Positions 48,362 to 56,148 of a DNA stretch of 64,000 nucleotides are shown one piece after another. The stretch comes from Myxococcota bacterium. GTDB lineage: Bacteria; Myxococcota_A; UBA9160; SZUA-336. Position 1 is the first letter of the stretch. Each line of letters starts with the position of its first letter. The notes under the pieces were generated by a model. That model was not told the origin of the DNA, made no database searches, and saw nothing but the letters and a program-made list of their open reading frames with translations. The stretch lies in the NCBI GenBank assembly GCA_044450765.1, contig JBIOJK010000003.1, positions 19,856 through 83,855 of the forward strand. Reading direction: 5' to 3'. The position numbers and the translations under genes are program-made.

Positions 48362-50389
48362 GTGGAAGAGCGGCAGATCGAGCTCGGATCGGGCGCGACG
48401 CGCATTCGCATCGAGGGCGACGGCCGGCCGCTCGTCTGGACGCACGGCTTCACGAGCTCGATCGAGGCGGAGGATGCGGCCGGCATGAGCGCGCTCTGGC
48501 GCGGCGTGCTCGACCTGCAGCTCGTGCGCTACGACGCGCGCGGTCACGGCCGCTCCGCGCCGGGCCGCGACGAGCCCGCGCAATCCTGGTCGGCGCTCGG
48601 CGCGGACTTGCTCGAGCTCGTGACTGCGCTCGGCCTCGACCGGCCGATCGCCGGCGGCGCCTCGATGGGCACCGCGACCTCGCTGCATGCGGCCGTGCGG
48701 AACCCGGGCGCGTTCAGCGGCCTGCTGCTGGTCCTGCCGCCGACGGCCTGGGAGACGCGCAAGCCGCAAGCCGATCTGTATCGCGGCGGCGCGGCGCTGG
48801 TCGAGGCGCGCGGCGTCGAGGGATACATCGCCGCTGCGCGCGAGGCCTTCCGCACGCGGCCGATGCCCGGCTTCAGCGAAGAGATGCAGGAGCGCGTGAT
48901 CGCGGAGCTGCGCGCGACGAGCGCCGCGGATCTCGTGCGCAATCTCCGCGGCGCGGCGGCGAGTGACTTGCCCGATCCCGCGCGGCTTCGCGAGCTCGAC
49001 GTCCCGGCGCTCGCGATCGCCACGCGCGGCGATCCCGGTCACCCGCTTTCGACCGCGGAGCGGCTGCTCGAGCTCCTGCCGCGCGCCGAACTGGTCGTGC
49101 TCGACGATCTCACTCAGCTCTCGTCGGCGCGCGGCGAGCTGGAGCGCTTCGCGGCTCGCACCGGCGTGCGCGCCCGCGGGCCGAATGTCTCGCCGATCGA
49201 TCTCTACTCGCCCGACCGCTTCGCGAACGGCGCGCCCTACGCGGACTTCGCGCGCCTGCGCCGCGAGCGCCCGGTGCACTGGCAGCCGACGCCGGACGGC
49301 GGCGGATACTGGGCCGTGACGAAGCACGCCGACGTCGCGGCGATCTCGCGCGACCCGGCGACTTACTCGTCTGCGCAGGGCTTCGTCGTGATCGAGCCGC
49401 TCTCGGAGGCGCAGCTGGCGATGATGCGCTTCACCTTACTCGGCATGGACCCGCCCGAGCACGCTCGGCTGCGCCGGCTGTTCCAGAGCGCCTTCACGCC
49501 GCGCATGGTCGCGGCGCTCGAGCCGCGCATTCGCGAGATCTCGCGCGGCATCATGGCGCGCGGAGCAGCGCGCGGCGAAGTCGAGTTCGTCGAGGACATG
49601 GCGGGTGACTTGCCGATGCAAGTGATCGGCGAGCTGCTCGGCGTGCCCGAGGGCGAGCGTGCGCGCCTGCGCGCTTGGGCGGCGCAGCTGACCGGCTCGC
49701 AGGATTCCGATCTCAATCCGGGCGGCGCGGAGGCCGCGCCCGCGGCGTCGATCGAGATGGCCATGTACGCGATCGGGCTCGCGCGGGCGCGCCGCGGCGC
49801 GCCCGGATCCGACCTCACGACCGTCGCCGTGAACGCTGAAGTGGACGGCCACGCGATGACCGACGCGGAGTTCGGCGGCTTCTTCGTCCAGCTCGCGACC
49901 GCCGGCAACGACACGACGCGCAACTTGTTGTCCTCGGGGACGCGCCTCCTGCTCGAGCATCCGGACGCGCTCGCGTCACTGCGCGCGGACGAGTCACTCG
50001 TTCCGAGCGCGGTCGAGGAGATGCTGCGCGTCGAGAGCCCGCTCCACTACTTCCGGCGGACCGCGACGCGGGACGCGAGCCTGCGCGGCCAGGCGATCCG
50101 CAGCGGCGACCGCGTCGTCCTGTACTACGGCGCGGCAAACCGCGACGAAGAGGTCTTTCGCGAGCCCGACCGCTTCGACGTGCGGCGCTCGCCGAACCCG
50201 CATCTGTCGTTCGGCTTCGGCGAGCACTTCTGTCTGGGAGCCGCGCTCGCGCGCCTGGAGGCGCGCGTGTTCTTCGAGGAGCTGCTGCGCGCGTTCCCGC
50301 GCATCGAGCTGGCCGGCGAGCCGCGGCACCAGCGCTCGAATCTGAACAACGCGCTGAAGTCGCTGCCCGTCCGGCTCTACGCGAACTAG
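48362..50389 (+). CDS. Fusion protein: N-terminal alpha/beta-hydrolase domain plus C-terminal cytochrome P450
   Basis: One uninterrupted frame. Hydrolase part: LVWTHGFTSS, RYDARGHGRS, nucleophile elbow GGASMG. P450 part from about 49190: IDLYSPDRFANGAPYADFARLRRERPVHW, I-helix ATAGNDTTRN, EEMLRVESP (ExxR), heme loop FGFGEHFCLGAALAR. GTG at 48362 is the proposed start. Confidence 0.8.
   Translation: MEERQIELGSGATRIRIEGDGRPLVWTHGFTSSIEAEDAAGMSALWRGVLDLQLVRYDARGHGRSAPGRDEPAQSWSALGADLLELVTALGLDRPIAGGASMGTATSLHAAVRNPGAFSGLLLVLPPTAWETRKPQADLYRGGAALVEARGVEGYIAAAREAFRTRPMPGFSEEMQERVIAELRATSAADLVRNLRGAAASDLPDPARLRELDVPALAIATRGDPGHPLSTAERLLELLPRAELVVLDDLTQLSSARGELERFAARTGVRARGPNVSPIDLYSPDRFANGAPYADFARLRRERPVHWQPTPDGGGYWAVTKHADVAAISRDPATYSSAQGFVVIEPLSEAQLAMMRFTLLGMDPPEHARLRRLFQSAFTPRMVAALEPRIREISRGIMARGAARGEVEFVEDMAGDLPMQVIGELLGVPEGERARLRAWAAQLTGSQDSDLNPGGAEAAPAASIEMAMYAIGLARARRGAPGSDLTTVAVNAEVDGHAMTDAEFGGFFVQLATAGNDTTRNLLSSGTRLLLEHPDALASLRADESLVPSAVEEMLRVESPLHYFRRTATRDASLRGQAIRSGDRVVLYYGAANRDEEVFREPDRFDVRRSPNPHLSFGFGEHFCLGAALARLEARVFFEELLRAFPRIELAGEPRHQRSNLNNALKSLPVRLYAN
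49990..50000. repeat. Exact 11-mer CGAGTCACTCG (copy in the P450 domain)
   Basis: Read directly. Codes Glu-Ser-Leu as GAG-TCA-CTC. Confidence 0.9.
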
Positions 50390-51519
50390 CTCGAGTCCGC
50401 CGGCTCCGCCTCGTCGGCGACGCCGTAGTCGGCGTAGAAGCCGCGCTTCCACTCGAGAAAGCGGCCGGCCAGGATCGCGCCTCGCATCTCGCCCATCAGC
50501 CGCTGGTAGAAGCGCACGTTGTGAATCGCGCCGAGAATCGCCGCGAGGATCTCGTTCGCGGCGTACAGGTGGTTCACGTACGCGCGCGTGAAGGTCTTGC
50601 ACGCGTAGCAGTCACAGCTCGTGTCGATCGGATAGAGATCCCGCCGGTAGCGGCGGTGGTTCATGCGGATCCGCCCGCGCCGCGTGAAGAGAGTCGCGGA
50701 GCGCGCATAGCGCGTGGGGATCACGCAGTCGAACATGTCCATGCCGCGCTCGACGGACTCGATCAGGTCTTCGGGCAGGCCGACGCCCATCAGGTAGCGC
50801 GGCTTGTGCTCCGGCAGCAGCGGCGCGGTGAAGCCGACGATGCGCTTCAGCTCTTCGATCCCCTCGCCGACCGAGACGCCGCCGATCGCGTAGCCCGGCG
50901 CCTCGACCTTCGCGATCTCGCGCGCGCACAGCTCGCGCAAGTCGAGATACACGGAGCCCTGCACGATCGGGAACAGCGCCTGCTCCGACCCGGCGTGCGC
51001 GCGGCCGCAGCGCTCGAGCCAGCGCAGCGAGTTCTCGACCCCGCGCCGCGCCAGCTCAGGAGTCGCCGGGAAGGGTGTGCACTCGTCGAAGGCCATGATG
51101 ATGTCCGCGCCGAGCGCGTGCTGAATCTCGATCGAGCGCTCCGGCGTGAGCTCCACCTCGGAGCCGTCGACCTCGTTCTTGAAGCGGACGCCCTCGGGCG
51201 TGATCTGCTTGTGCTTCAAGCTGAAGACCTGAAAGCCGCCCGAGTCAGTCAGGATCGGGCCGTCCCAGGCCATGAACGCGTGCAGGCCGCCGGCGCGCTT
51301 CACGAGCTCGGGTCCGGGCCGCAGCAGCAGGTGATACGTGTTTGCGAGCAGGATCCGCGCGCCCGTCGCGCGAACCTGCTCGGGAGTCATCGCGCGAACC
51401 GCGGCGTGGGTGCCGACCGGCATGAAGACCGGTGTGTCGACCGCGCCGTGCGGCGTGTCGAGCCGGCCGGCACGCGCGGCACAGCCCGGGTCGGTCGCCT
51501 CGAGGGCGAAGCGAATCAC
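50386..51519 (-). CDS. tgt: Queuine tRNA-ribosyltransferase
   Basis: GTG at 51519 (GTGA overlap with the purM stop). LANTYHL, LTDSGGFQV, GYAIGGVSVGE, zinc site CDCYACKTFTRAYVNHL. Confidence 0.95.
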   Translation of the reverse strand: MIRFALEATDPGCAARAGRLDTPHGAVDTPVFMPVGTHAAVRAMTPEQVRATGARILLANTYHLLLRPGPELVKRAGGLHAFMAWDGPILTDSGGFQVFSLKHKQITPEGVRFKNEVDGSEVELTPERSIEIQHALGADIIMAFDECTPFPATPELARRGVENSLRWLERCGRAHAGSEQALFPIVQGSVYLDLRELCAREIAKVEAPGYAIGGVSVGEGIEELKRIVGFTAPLLPEHKPRYLMGVGLPEDLIESVERGMDMFDCVIPTRYARSATLFTRRGRIRMNHRRYRRDLYPIDTSCDCYACKTFTRAYVNHLYAANEILAAILGAIHNVRFYQRLMGEMRGAILAGRFLEWKRGFYADYGVADEAEPADSS

Positions 51520-52580
51520 GACTCGCGGACGAAGTGCTTCGACCGTCCGACCAGGCGCTCGGGCAGGATGCGCACCTTGCGCTCGGGGTCCGCGACCGCG
51601 CGGCCGAGGCGCCAGGCCTCGAGCCCGGTCGCGCGCACCGCCGCGATCGTGCGCTCGACTTCGGCCGGCGCCACCACCGCGGTGAAGCCGACGCCCATGT
51701 TGAACACGGTGTACAGCTCGGCGAGCTCGAGCTCGCCGACGCGCTGAATCAGCCGCAGCACAGCCGGCGCGGGCGGCAGGAAGTCGATCTCGAAGCCGAC
51801 GGGCGCGTCCACCCGGCGGATGTTCAGGAAGCCGTCGCCCGTGATGTGCGCGAGCGCGCGCGGAGTGACTCCCGCCTTCGCGAGCGCCTCGACTTGGGGG
51901 ACATAGATCAGGGTCGGACAGAGCAGCGCTTCGCCCACCGTGGCGCCGAGCTCGTTCACGAACTCGTCCAGGCGGAACTTGCGCGCGAGCACCGCGCGCG
52001 CCAGCGAGAGACCGTTCGAGTGCACGCCGCTCGACGCGATGCCGACCAGCGCATCGCCGGGCCGCACCTGCGAGCCGTCGATCAGCGCCCCGTCGGGAAC
52101 CAGGCCCACGGCCATGCCCGCGAGGTCGAGTCCGCTGCCTTCGCGCGCCCCGCGCAGCATGTCTGGGATCTGCGCGGTCTCGCCGCCGACGATCGCAATG
52201 CCGGCCTGGCGCGCGCCCTCGCACAGGCCGCGCCCGATCTGCCCGAACACGTCCGGGTCACAGCGCTCGACGGCGATGTAGTCGAGCATCGCGAGCGGCT
52301 TCGCGCCGACGCAGAGCAAGTCGTTCACGTTCATGGCCACGCAGTCGATGCCGACCGAGTCGTACTTTCCCAGTGCCTGCGCGACGAGCAGCTTCGAGCC
52401 GACGCCGTCGGTGGTCAGCGCGAGGTGCAGCGGCCCCACCCGGATGACGGCCGCGAAGTGACCGATGCCGAGCTCGCTCGCCGGGCCGAACGCGGCCGTC
52501 GGCGCGATCTCGAGCAGCAGCCGCGCGAGCGCGCGATCCGCCTCGCTCGTGTCGACTCCGCTGCGCGCGTACTCGCTCAT
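51516..52580 (-). CDS. purM: Phosphoribosylformylglycinamidine cyclo-ligase (AIR synthetase)
   Basis: 354 aa. YARSGVD, TTDGVGSKLLVA, DCVAMNVNDLLCVGAKPL, HSNGLSLAR. Confidence 0.95.
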   Translation of the reverse strand: MSEYARSGVDTSEADRALARLLLEIAPTAAFGPASELGIGHFAAVIRVGPLHLALTTDGVGSKLLVAQALGKYDSVGIDCVAMNVNDLLCVGAKPLAMLDYIAVERCDPDVFGQIGRGLCEGARQAGIAIVGGETAQIPDMLRGAREGSGLDLAGMAVGLVPDGALIDGSQVRPGDALVGIASSGVHSNGLSLARAVLARKFRLDEFVNELGATVGEALLCPTLIYVPQVEALAKAGVTPRALAHITGDGFLNIRRVDAPVGFEIDFLPPAPAVLRLIQRVGELELAELYTVFNMGVGFTAVVAPAEVERTIAAVRATGLEAWRLGRAVADPERKVRILPERLVGRSKHFVRES

Positions 52581-52593
52581 CGCGACCCGCGAG

Positions 52594-52719
52594 TCACGTG
52601 TAGGGCGACTCGCCGCGGCTCCGGCGCAGGCGAGCGCGGCGGTTCTTGGCGCGCAATTTCGCGCGGTGGTGCGCGCTCTTCCGGCGCTTCCGGTGGGTGA
52701 GTTTCGTGCTCTTCTTCAT
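52594..52719 (-). CDS. Unannotated small ORF: 41-aa hyper-basic peptide (small ribosomal-protein-like, bS22-like?)
   Basis: Own translation: MKKSTKLTHRKRRKSAHHRAKLRAKNRRARLRRSRGESPYT*. Below the track's length cutoff. 37 of 40 third codon positions are G/C, like real genes here. Fills the only gap between the DUF1232 gene and purM. Confidence 0.45.
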   Translation of the reverse strand: MKKSTKLTHRKRRKSAHHRAKLRAKNRRARLRRSRGESPYT

Positions 52720-52731
52720 CGCGCGCGCAGC

Positions 52732-53289
52732 TTACCGACCCCGCCAGAGACGCACAACCGGCGCGTGCTCGCGGATCTCGATCTGGGCGCGCAGCGCGCG
52801 GCGGCGCTCGGCGAGCTTGCGCGCGAGCCACTCCGGGTCGCGCGCGGACCGGCGCTTGCGCAGGCCCGCGCGGAAGCGCGCGAACACCCGGTACGCCGCG
52901 CGCTCGTGCCGGAGCTCTCGGCCCAGCAGCTCGATCACGATCGCGTCGTCGAGGAAGCCGAGTCCCGGCACCGAGTCGGCGATCAAGTCGTCCGGGTCGA
53001 TGAAGTAGGCGAGCGCGGCGCGGATCCGCTCGCGAACGCGCTCGGGCGGCTTCCAGTCGGCGTCCTCCAGCAGCTCGATCAGCTCCTCGAGGCCGGCGAC
53101 CCGCTCGACCACGTAGCTCGGCGGGTGGAATTTCCGCAGCTCGGCGGCGCGCGCTCGGGCGGCGGCCGTGATGGTCCGCTCGGGCCGCAAGCTCGCACGG
53201 GCGCTGGCGCGCTCGGCGACGCTGCGCAGGTGGCGGAGATCTCGCTCTCCGAGGGTGAAAGTGACGGTGAGCCGGTCGAGCGGCGGCAC
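52732..53289 (-). CDS. DUF1232 (YkvA-like) domain protein
   Basis: AALAYFIDPDDLIADSVPGLGFLDDAIVIELL matches the DUF1232 core. GTG at 53289. The upstream part of the track ORF is Ser/Ala/Arg-rich and was rejected. Confidence 0.6.
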   Translation of the reverse strand: MPPLDRLTVTFTLGERDLRHLRSVAERASARASLRPERTITAAARARAAELRKFHPPSYVVERVAGLEELIELLEDADWKPPERVRERIRAALAYFIDPDDLIADSVPGLGFLDDAIVIELLGRELRHERAAYRVFARFRAGLRKRRSARDPEWLARKLAERRRALRAQIEIREHAPVVRLWRGR

Positions 53290-53344
53290 GAACTCCGGGT
53301 AGCATGGCGCTCGTGACTGAGCCAGCGAACGGCGGGCGAGGCTC

Positions 53345-54238
53345 GTGAGCGGTCGCGTGCGCGTGCGCAGCGGCGTGCCCGAGAGCGCGCTCGCGCTGCT
53401 GGCCGACGCGGGTTTCGACGCCGAGCTCGGCCCGCTCGAGCTCGCGGACTGCGACGCACTTCTGTGTTTGCTCACCGACCGCATCGACGCGGAGCTGCTG
53501 GCTCGCGCGCCGCGACTCCGGATCGTCGCGAACATGGCCGTCGGCACGGACAACATCGACCTGGCCGCCGCGCGGGCGCGCGGGGTGGCGGTCTCGAACA
53601 CCCCCGACGTGCTGACCGACGCCACCGCGGACCTCGCGTTCGCGCTGCTGCTCGCCGCCGCGCGCCGGCTCGCCTGGGCCGACCGCTACGTGCGCGGCGG
53701 CGGCTTCGTCGGCTGGCGCCCGGACCTCGGCATCGGGCTCGACGTCACCGGCCGCACGCTGGGCATCGTCGGCTACGGCCGCATCGGGCGCGCGGTCGCC
53801 GAGCGCGCGCGCGGCTTCCGCATGGACGTGCTCTGGCACGCCCGCGGCTCGGGTGTCTCGCTCGACGAGTTACTCGAGCGCAGCGACTTCGTCTCGCTCC
53901 ACGTGCCGCTCAGCGACCAGACGCGGCATCTGATCGGCGAGCGCGAGCTGCGCCGCATGCGGCCGCACGCGCTCTTGGTCAACACCGCGCGCGGCCCGAT
54001 CGTCGACGAGGCGGCGCTGGTGCGCGCGCTGCGCGAGGGCTGGATCGCCGCCGCCGGACTCGACGTCTTCGAGCACGAGCCGAAGCTGACGCCCGGTCTC
54101 GCCGACCTGCCGCAAGTCGTGCTCGCCCCGCACCTGGGCAGCGCCACCACTCACACTCGCGCGCGCATGGCCGAGGTCGCGGCGCGGAACATCGTCGCCG
54201 CTCTGCGCGGCGAGCCGATCCCGAACCGAGTCGCCTGA
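53345..54238 (+). CDS. D-isomer-specific 2-hydroxyacid dehydrogenase (glyoxylate/hydroxypyruvate reductase-like)
   Basis: 297 aa. GIVGYGRIGRAVA (NAD fold), LLVNTARGPIVDE, DVFEHEP, PHLGSAT. Confidence 0.9.
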   Translation: MSGRVRVRSGVPESALALLADAGFDAELGPLELADCDALLCLLTDRIDAELLARAPRLRIVANMAVGTDNIDLAAARARGVAVSNTPDVLTDATADLAFALLLAAARRLAWADRYVRGGGFVGWRPDLGIGLDVTGRTLGIVGYGRIGRAVAERARGFRMDVLWHARGSGVSLDELLERSDFVSLHVPLSDQTRHLIGERELRRMRPHALLVNTARGPIVDEAALVRALREGWIAAAGLDVFEHEPKLTPGLADLPQVVLAPHLGSATTHTRARMAEVAARNIVAALRGEPIPNRVA

Positions 54239-54275
54239 CACCACCGGACGAGGCGATCCGCGGGAGAGCCGGCCC

Positions 54276-54656
54276 TCAGGCGCGGAGCTGCCGCGCGGTC
54301 GTGAAGGTGGCCGCAGCGGTGGCGAGCTCGACGGCGATCGCGACGCCGATGCGCGGATCCCAGCCGTCGAGCGCGACTCCGAGCAGTCGCGCCGCGACGA
54401 TGCAGACCATGATGCCCGCCACCGCTTCCAGATAGCCGGGCTCCTTGCGGAAGAGTCCGAGCAGGGCGAGCGAGCCGACCGCGAAGAAGGCGCCGCCGGC
54501 GTCTCCGCGCATCTGACTGAGGGCCGCGGGCCCCGACAGCGAGATACCGAGCTCCGCGCTCGCCGACTCGGGCGCGAGCAGCCAGCGAAGCGCGAACGGG
54601 AGCGCGAGCAACACACCGAGCAGCGCAGTCAACACGCGCGGGACTCTCTGCAGCAT
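54276..54656 (-). CDS. Small integral membrane protein (about 4 TM), unknown function
   Basis: 126 aa. Hydrophobic segments VLTALLGVLLALPFAL, FFAVGSLALLGLF, AVAGIMVCIVAARLLGVAL, IGVAIAVELATAAATF. Confidence 0.55.
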   Translation of the reverse strand: MLQRVPRVLTALLGVLLALPFALRWLLAPESASAELGISLSGPAALSQMRGDAGGAFFAVGSLALLGLFRKEPGYLEAVAGIMVCIVAARLLGVALDGWDPRIGVAIAVELATAAATFTTARQLRA

Positions 54657-54694
54657 GGACTCTCCCCGAACGCTGGCGAGCGGGGAGCAGTCTA

Positions 54695-55036
54695 TCAGAA
54701 GAGAGGTTCGAGCTTCGCCGCGGTGCCGACCGCGTGCAGCCGCAGGCCGGTCGCGTCCGAGTCACTCGCCCGCGCGAACGGGTCGAGGGTCACTTCGAGC
54801 CCGACCACCGCGTTCGCGCCGAGCAGCCGCGCCTTGTCGCGCAGCGACTCGAGCAGCTCGCGCTCGGCCTTGGTCCAGGCGGACGAGCGGTCTTCGACCT
54901 GGTCGTCCTGCAGAAAGAGCTCGGAGCTGATCGGACCGAAGTAGGCGGCCGCACGCGTGCCGCTGACCCACGGCGAGGTGTAGAGCTCGACGTCGTTCTC
55001 CGAGTTCAGCGAGATCTGAGACTGCGTCTCACCCAC
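54695..55036 (-). CDS. YbjQ/UPF0145-like protein
   Basis: 113 aa. ERELLESLRDKARLLGANAVVGLEVTLD ... LHAVGTAAKLEP resembles the YbjQ family. Confidence 0.65.
   Translation of the reverse strand: MGETQSQISLNSENDVELYTSPWVSGTRAAAYFGPISSELFLQDDQVEDRSSAWTKAERELLESLRDKARLLGANAVVGLEVTLDPFARASDSDATGLRLHAVGTAAKLEPLF
54758..54768. repeat. Exact 11-mer CGAGTCACTCG (copy in the ybjQ-like gene)
   Basis: Read directly. On the coding (minus) strand it reads GCG-AGT-GAC-TCG (Ala-Ser-Asp-Ser), using the rare AGT codon. Confidence 0.9.
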
Positions 55037-55145
55037 GAAGTTTGGTATCGGCGCCCCCGGAAGCGGACTGTACGTAGATCGGTGTAGATCCCGCGTTGGT
55101 TGGCCGCGCGTCTCTCGGGTATTCTCGCCGCGCCTTCGGGGGGAG

Positions 55146-56090
55146 TTGCCGGTGCGCTGGACGAGCGGAGCGGATCGCGCCGAGTTCCGAGTTGCGCGTC
55201 TCCTGCGCGGTGTCTGCCTGGCGGTCGTGGCGCTCGCTGGCGCCGCGTGTAGCGGCGCCTCCTCGAGCGATGCGGCGCGCGATGCGGCGTCCGCCGGCGT
55301 CGCGCCGATCGTCGCGCGCGCCGCGGCCGCGGCCGCCAGCGGCGATCTGGACGCCGCGGTCGACGGCTACAGCGAGGCGATCGAGCGCACGCCCTGGAAC
55401 ACGCGCCTGCGCAGCCAGCTCGTCGCCGCGCATACGGAGCGCGCGGAGCAGAAGCGGCGCAAGCCGGGCGGGCCCGTCGGTCTGGCGGCGGCCGAGAAGG
55501 ACTTGCGCGCGGCGCACGCGCTCGCGCCCGACGATGCCGTGGTCACGCGCAGTCTCGCCGCGATCCTGGTCGAGCGCGCTGCGTTCGAAGCCGACGACGC
55601 GCTCGCCGCCGCGCTGCGCGCCGAGGGAGTCCGGCTCGCGCCCGAGCTCGCGGAGCAGACACCCGCCGTGCGCCTGCCGATCGAGCAGCGACTCGACCTC
55701 GCCTACGACCTGATCGAGCAGGGCAACGTCGACGCCGGCATCGACCAGCTCCACACGGTCGTGCGCGAGTATCCGCAGAACGCGCAGGCCGCGCGCATGC
55801 TGGCGCAGGCGCTCGTGCGCCTCGGCAACCAACAGACCGAGGTGCACGACTACGACGGCGCGCAGCAGAGCTTCAGCGAGGCCGTCGAGCAGTACGCGCG
55901 GCTGCTCCCCTGCGACGGGACGCGCTGTGACTCGGCCGAGCTCGAGCTCGCGCACCGCGATCGGATCCTGTCGGCGCTCGACGCGCAGCGCATCGACCTC
56001 GCGCGCGCCGCGCTCGCCGAGGCGCAAGGGCTCGGGATGAACTTCGACGACCTGCTGAAGCGCTGGCCGGAGCTGCGCGCCGCGCCCTGA
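55146..56090 (+). CDS. Secreted/lipoprotein-like TPR-repeat protein
   Basis: 314 aa. N-terminal LLRGVCLAVVALAGAACSG, then Ala-rich helical repeats (AVDGYSEAIERTPWN..., IDQLHTVVREYPQNAQAARMLAQALVRLG). GTG at 55152, after GGGGAG, is an alternative start. Confidence 0.65.
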   Translation: MPVRWTSGADRAEFRVARLLRGVCLAVVALAGAACSGASSSDAARDAASAGVAPIVARAAAAAASGDLDAAVDGYSEAIERTPWNTRLRSQLVAAHTERAEQKRRKPGGPVGLAAAEKDLRAAHALAPDDAVVTRSLAAILVERAAFEADDALAAALRAEGVRLAPELAEQTPAVRLPIEQRLDLAYDLIEQGNVDAGIDQLHTVVREYPQNAQAARMLAQALVRLGNQQTEVHDYDGAQQSFSEAVEQYARLLPCDGTRCDSAELELAHRDRILSALDAQRIDLARAALAEAQGLGMNFDDLLKRWPELRAAP

Positions 56091-56148
56091 CCCGGGGCCG
56101 TGGCCCGCCTGCTATGCTGCTCCGGGCTCCAATCACGGGAGGAACGCG

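Noticed and set aside
47384-49327. 647-aa minus-strand ORF covering the rlmE, DUF4336 and hydrolase-P450 regions
   Set aside because: Arg/Ala-rich, crosses three better-supported genes, and has no motifs.
49166-50389. P450 as an independent gene starting at the internal GTG 49166
   Set aside because: There is no stop codon between the hydrolase domain and the P450 domain in this frame, so the upstream ORF necessarily reads through. Internal initiation cannot be excluded but is not required.
55029-56027. 332-aa minus-strand ORF antisense to the TPR lipoprotein-like gene
   Set aside because: Less protein-like composition (R/G/A/D-rich) than the + strand product, which has a signal sequence and helical repeats. 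Confidence in the + strand call is still only moderate.
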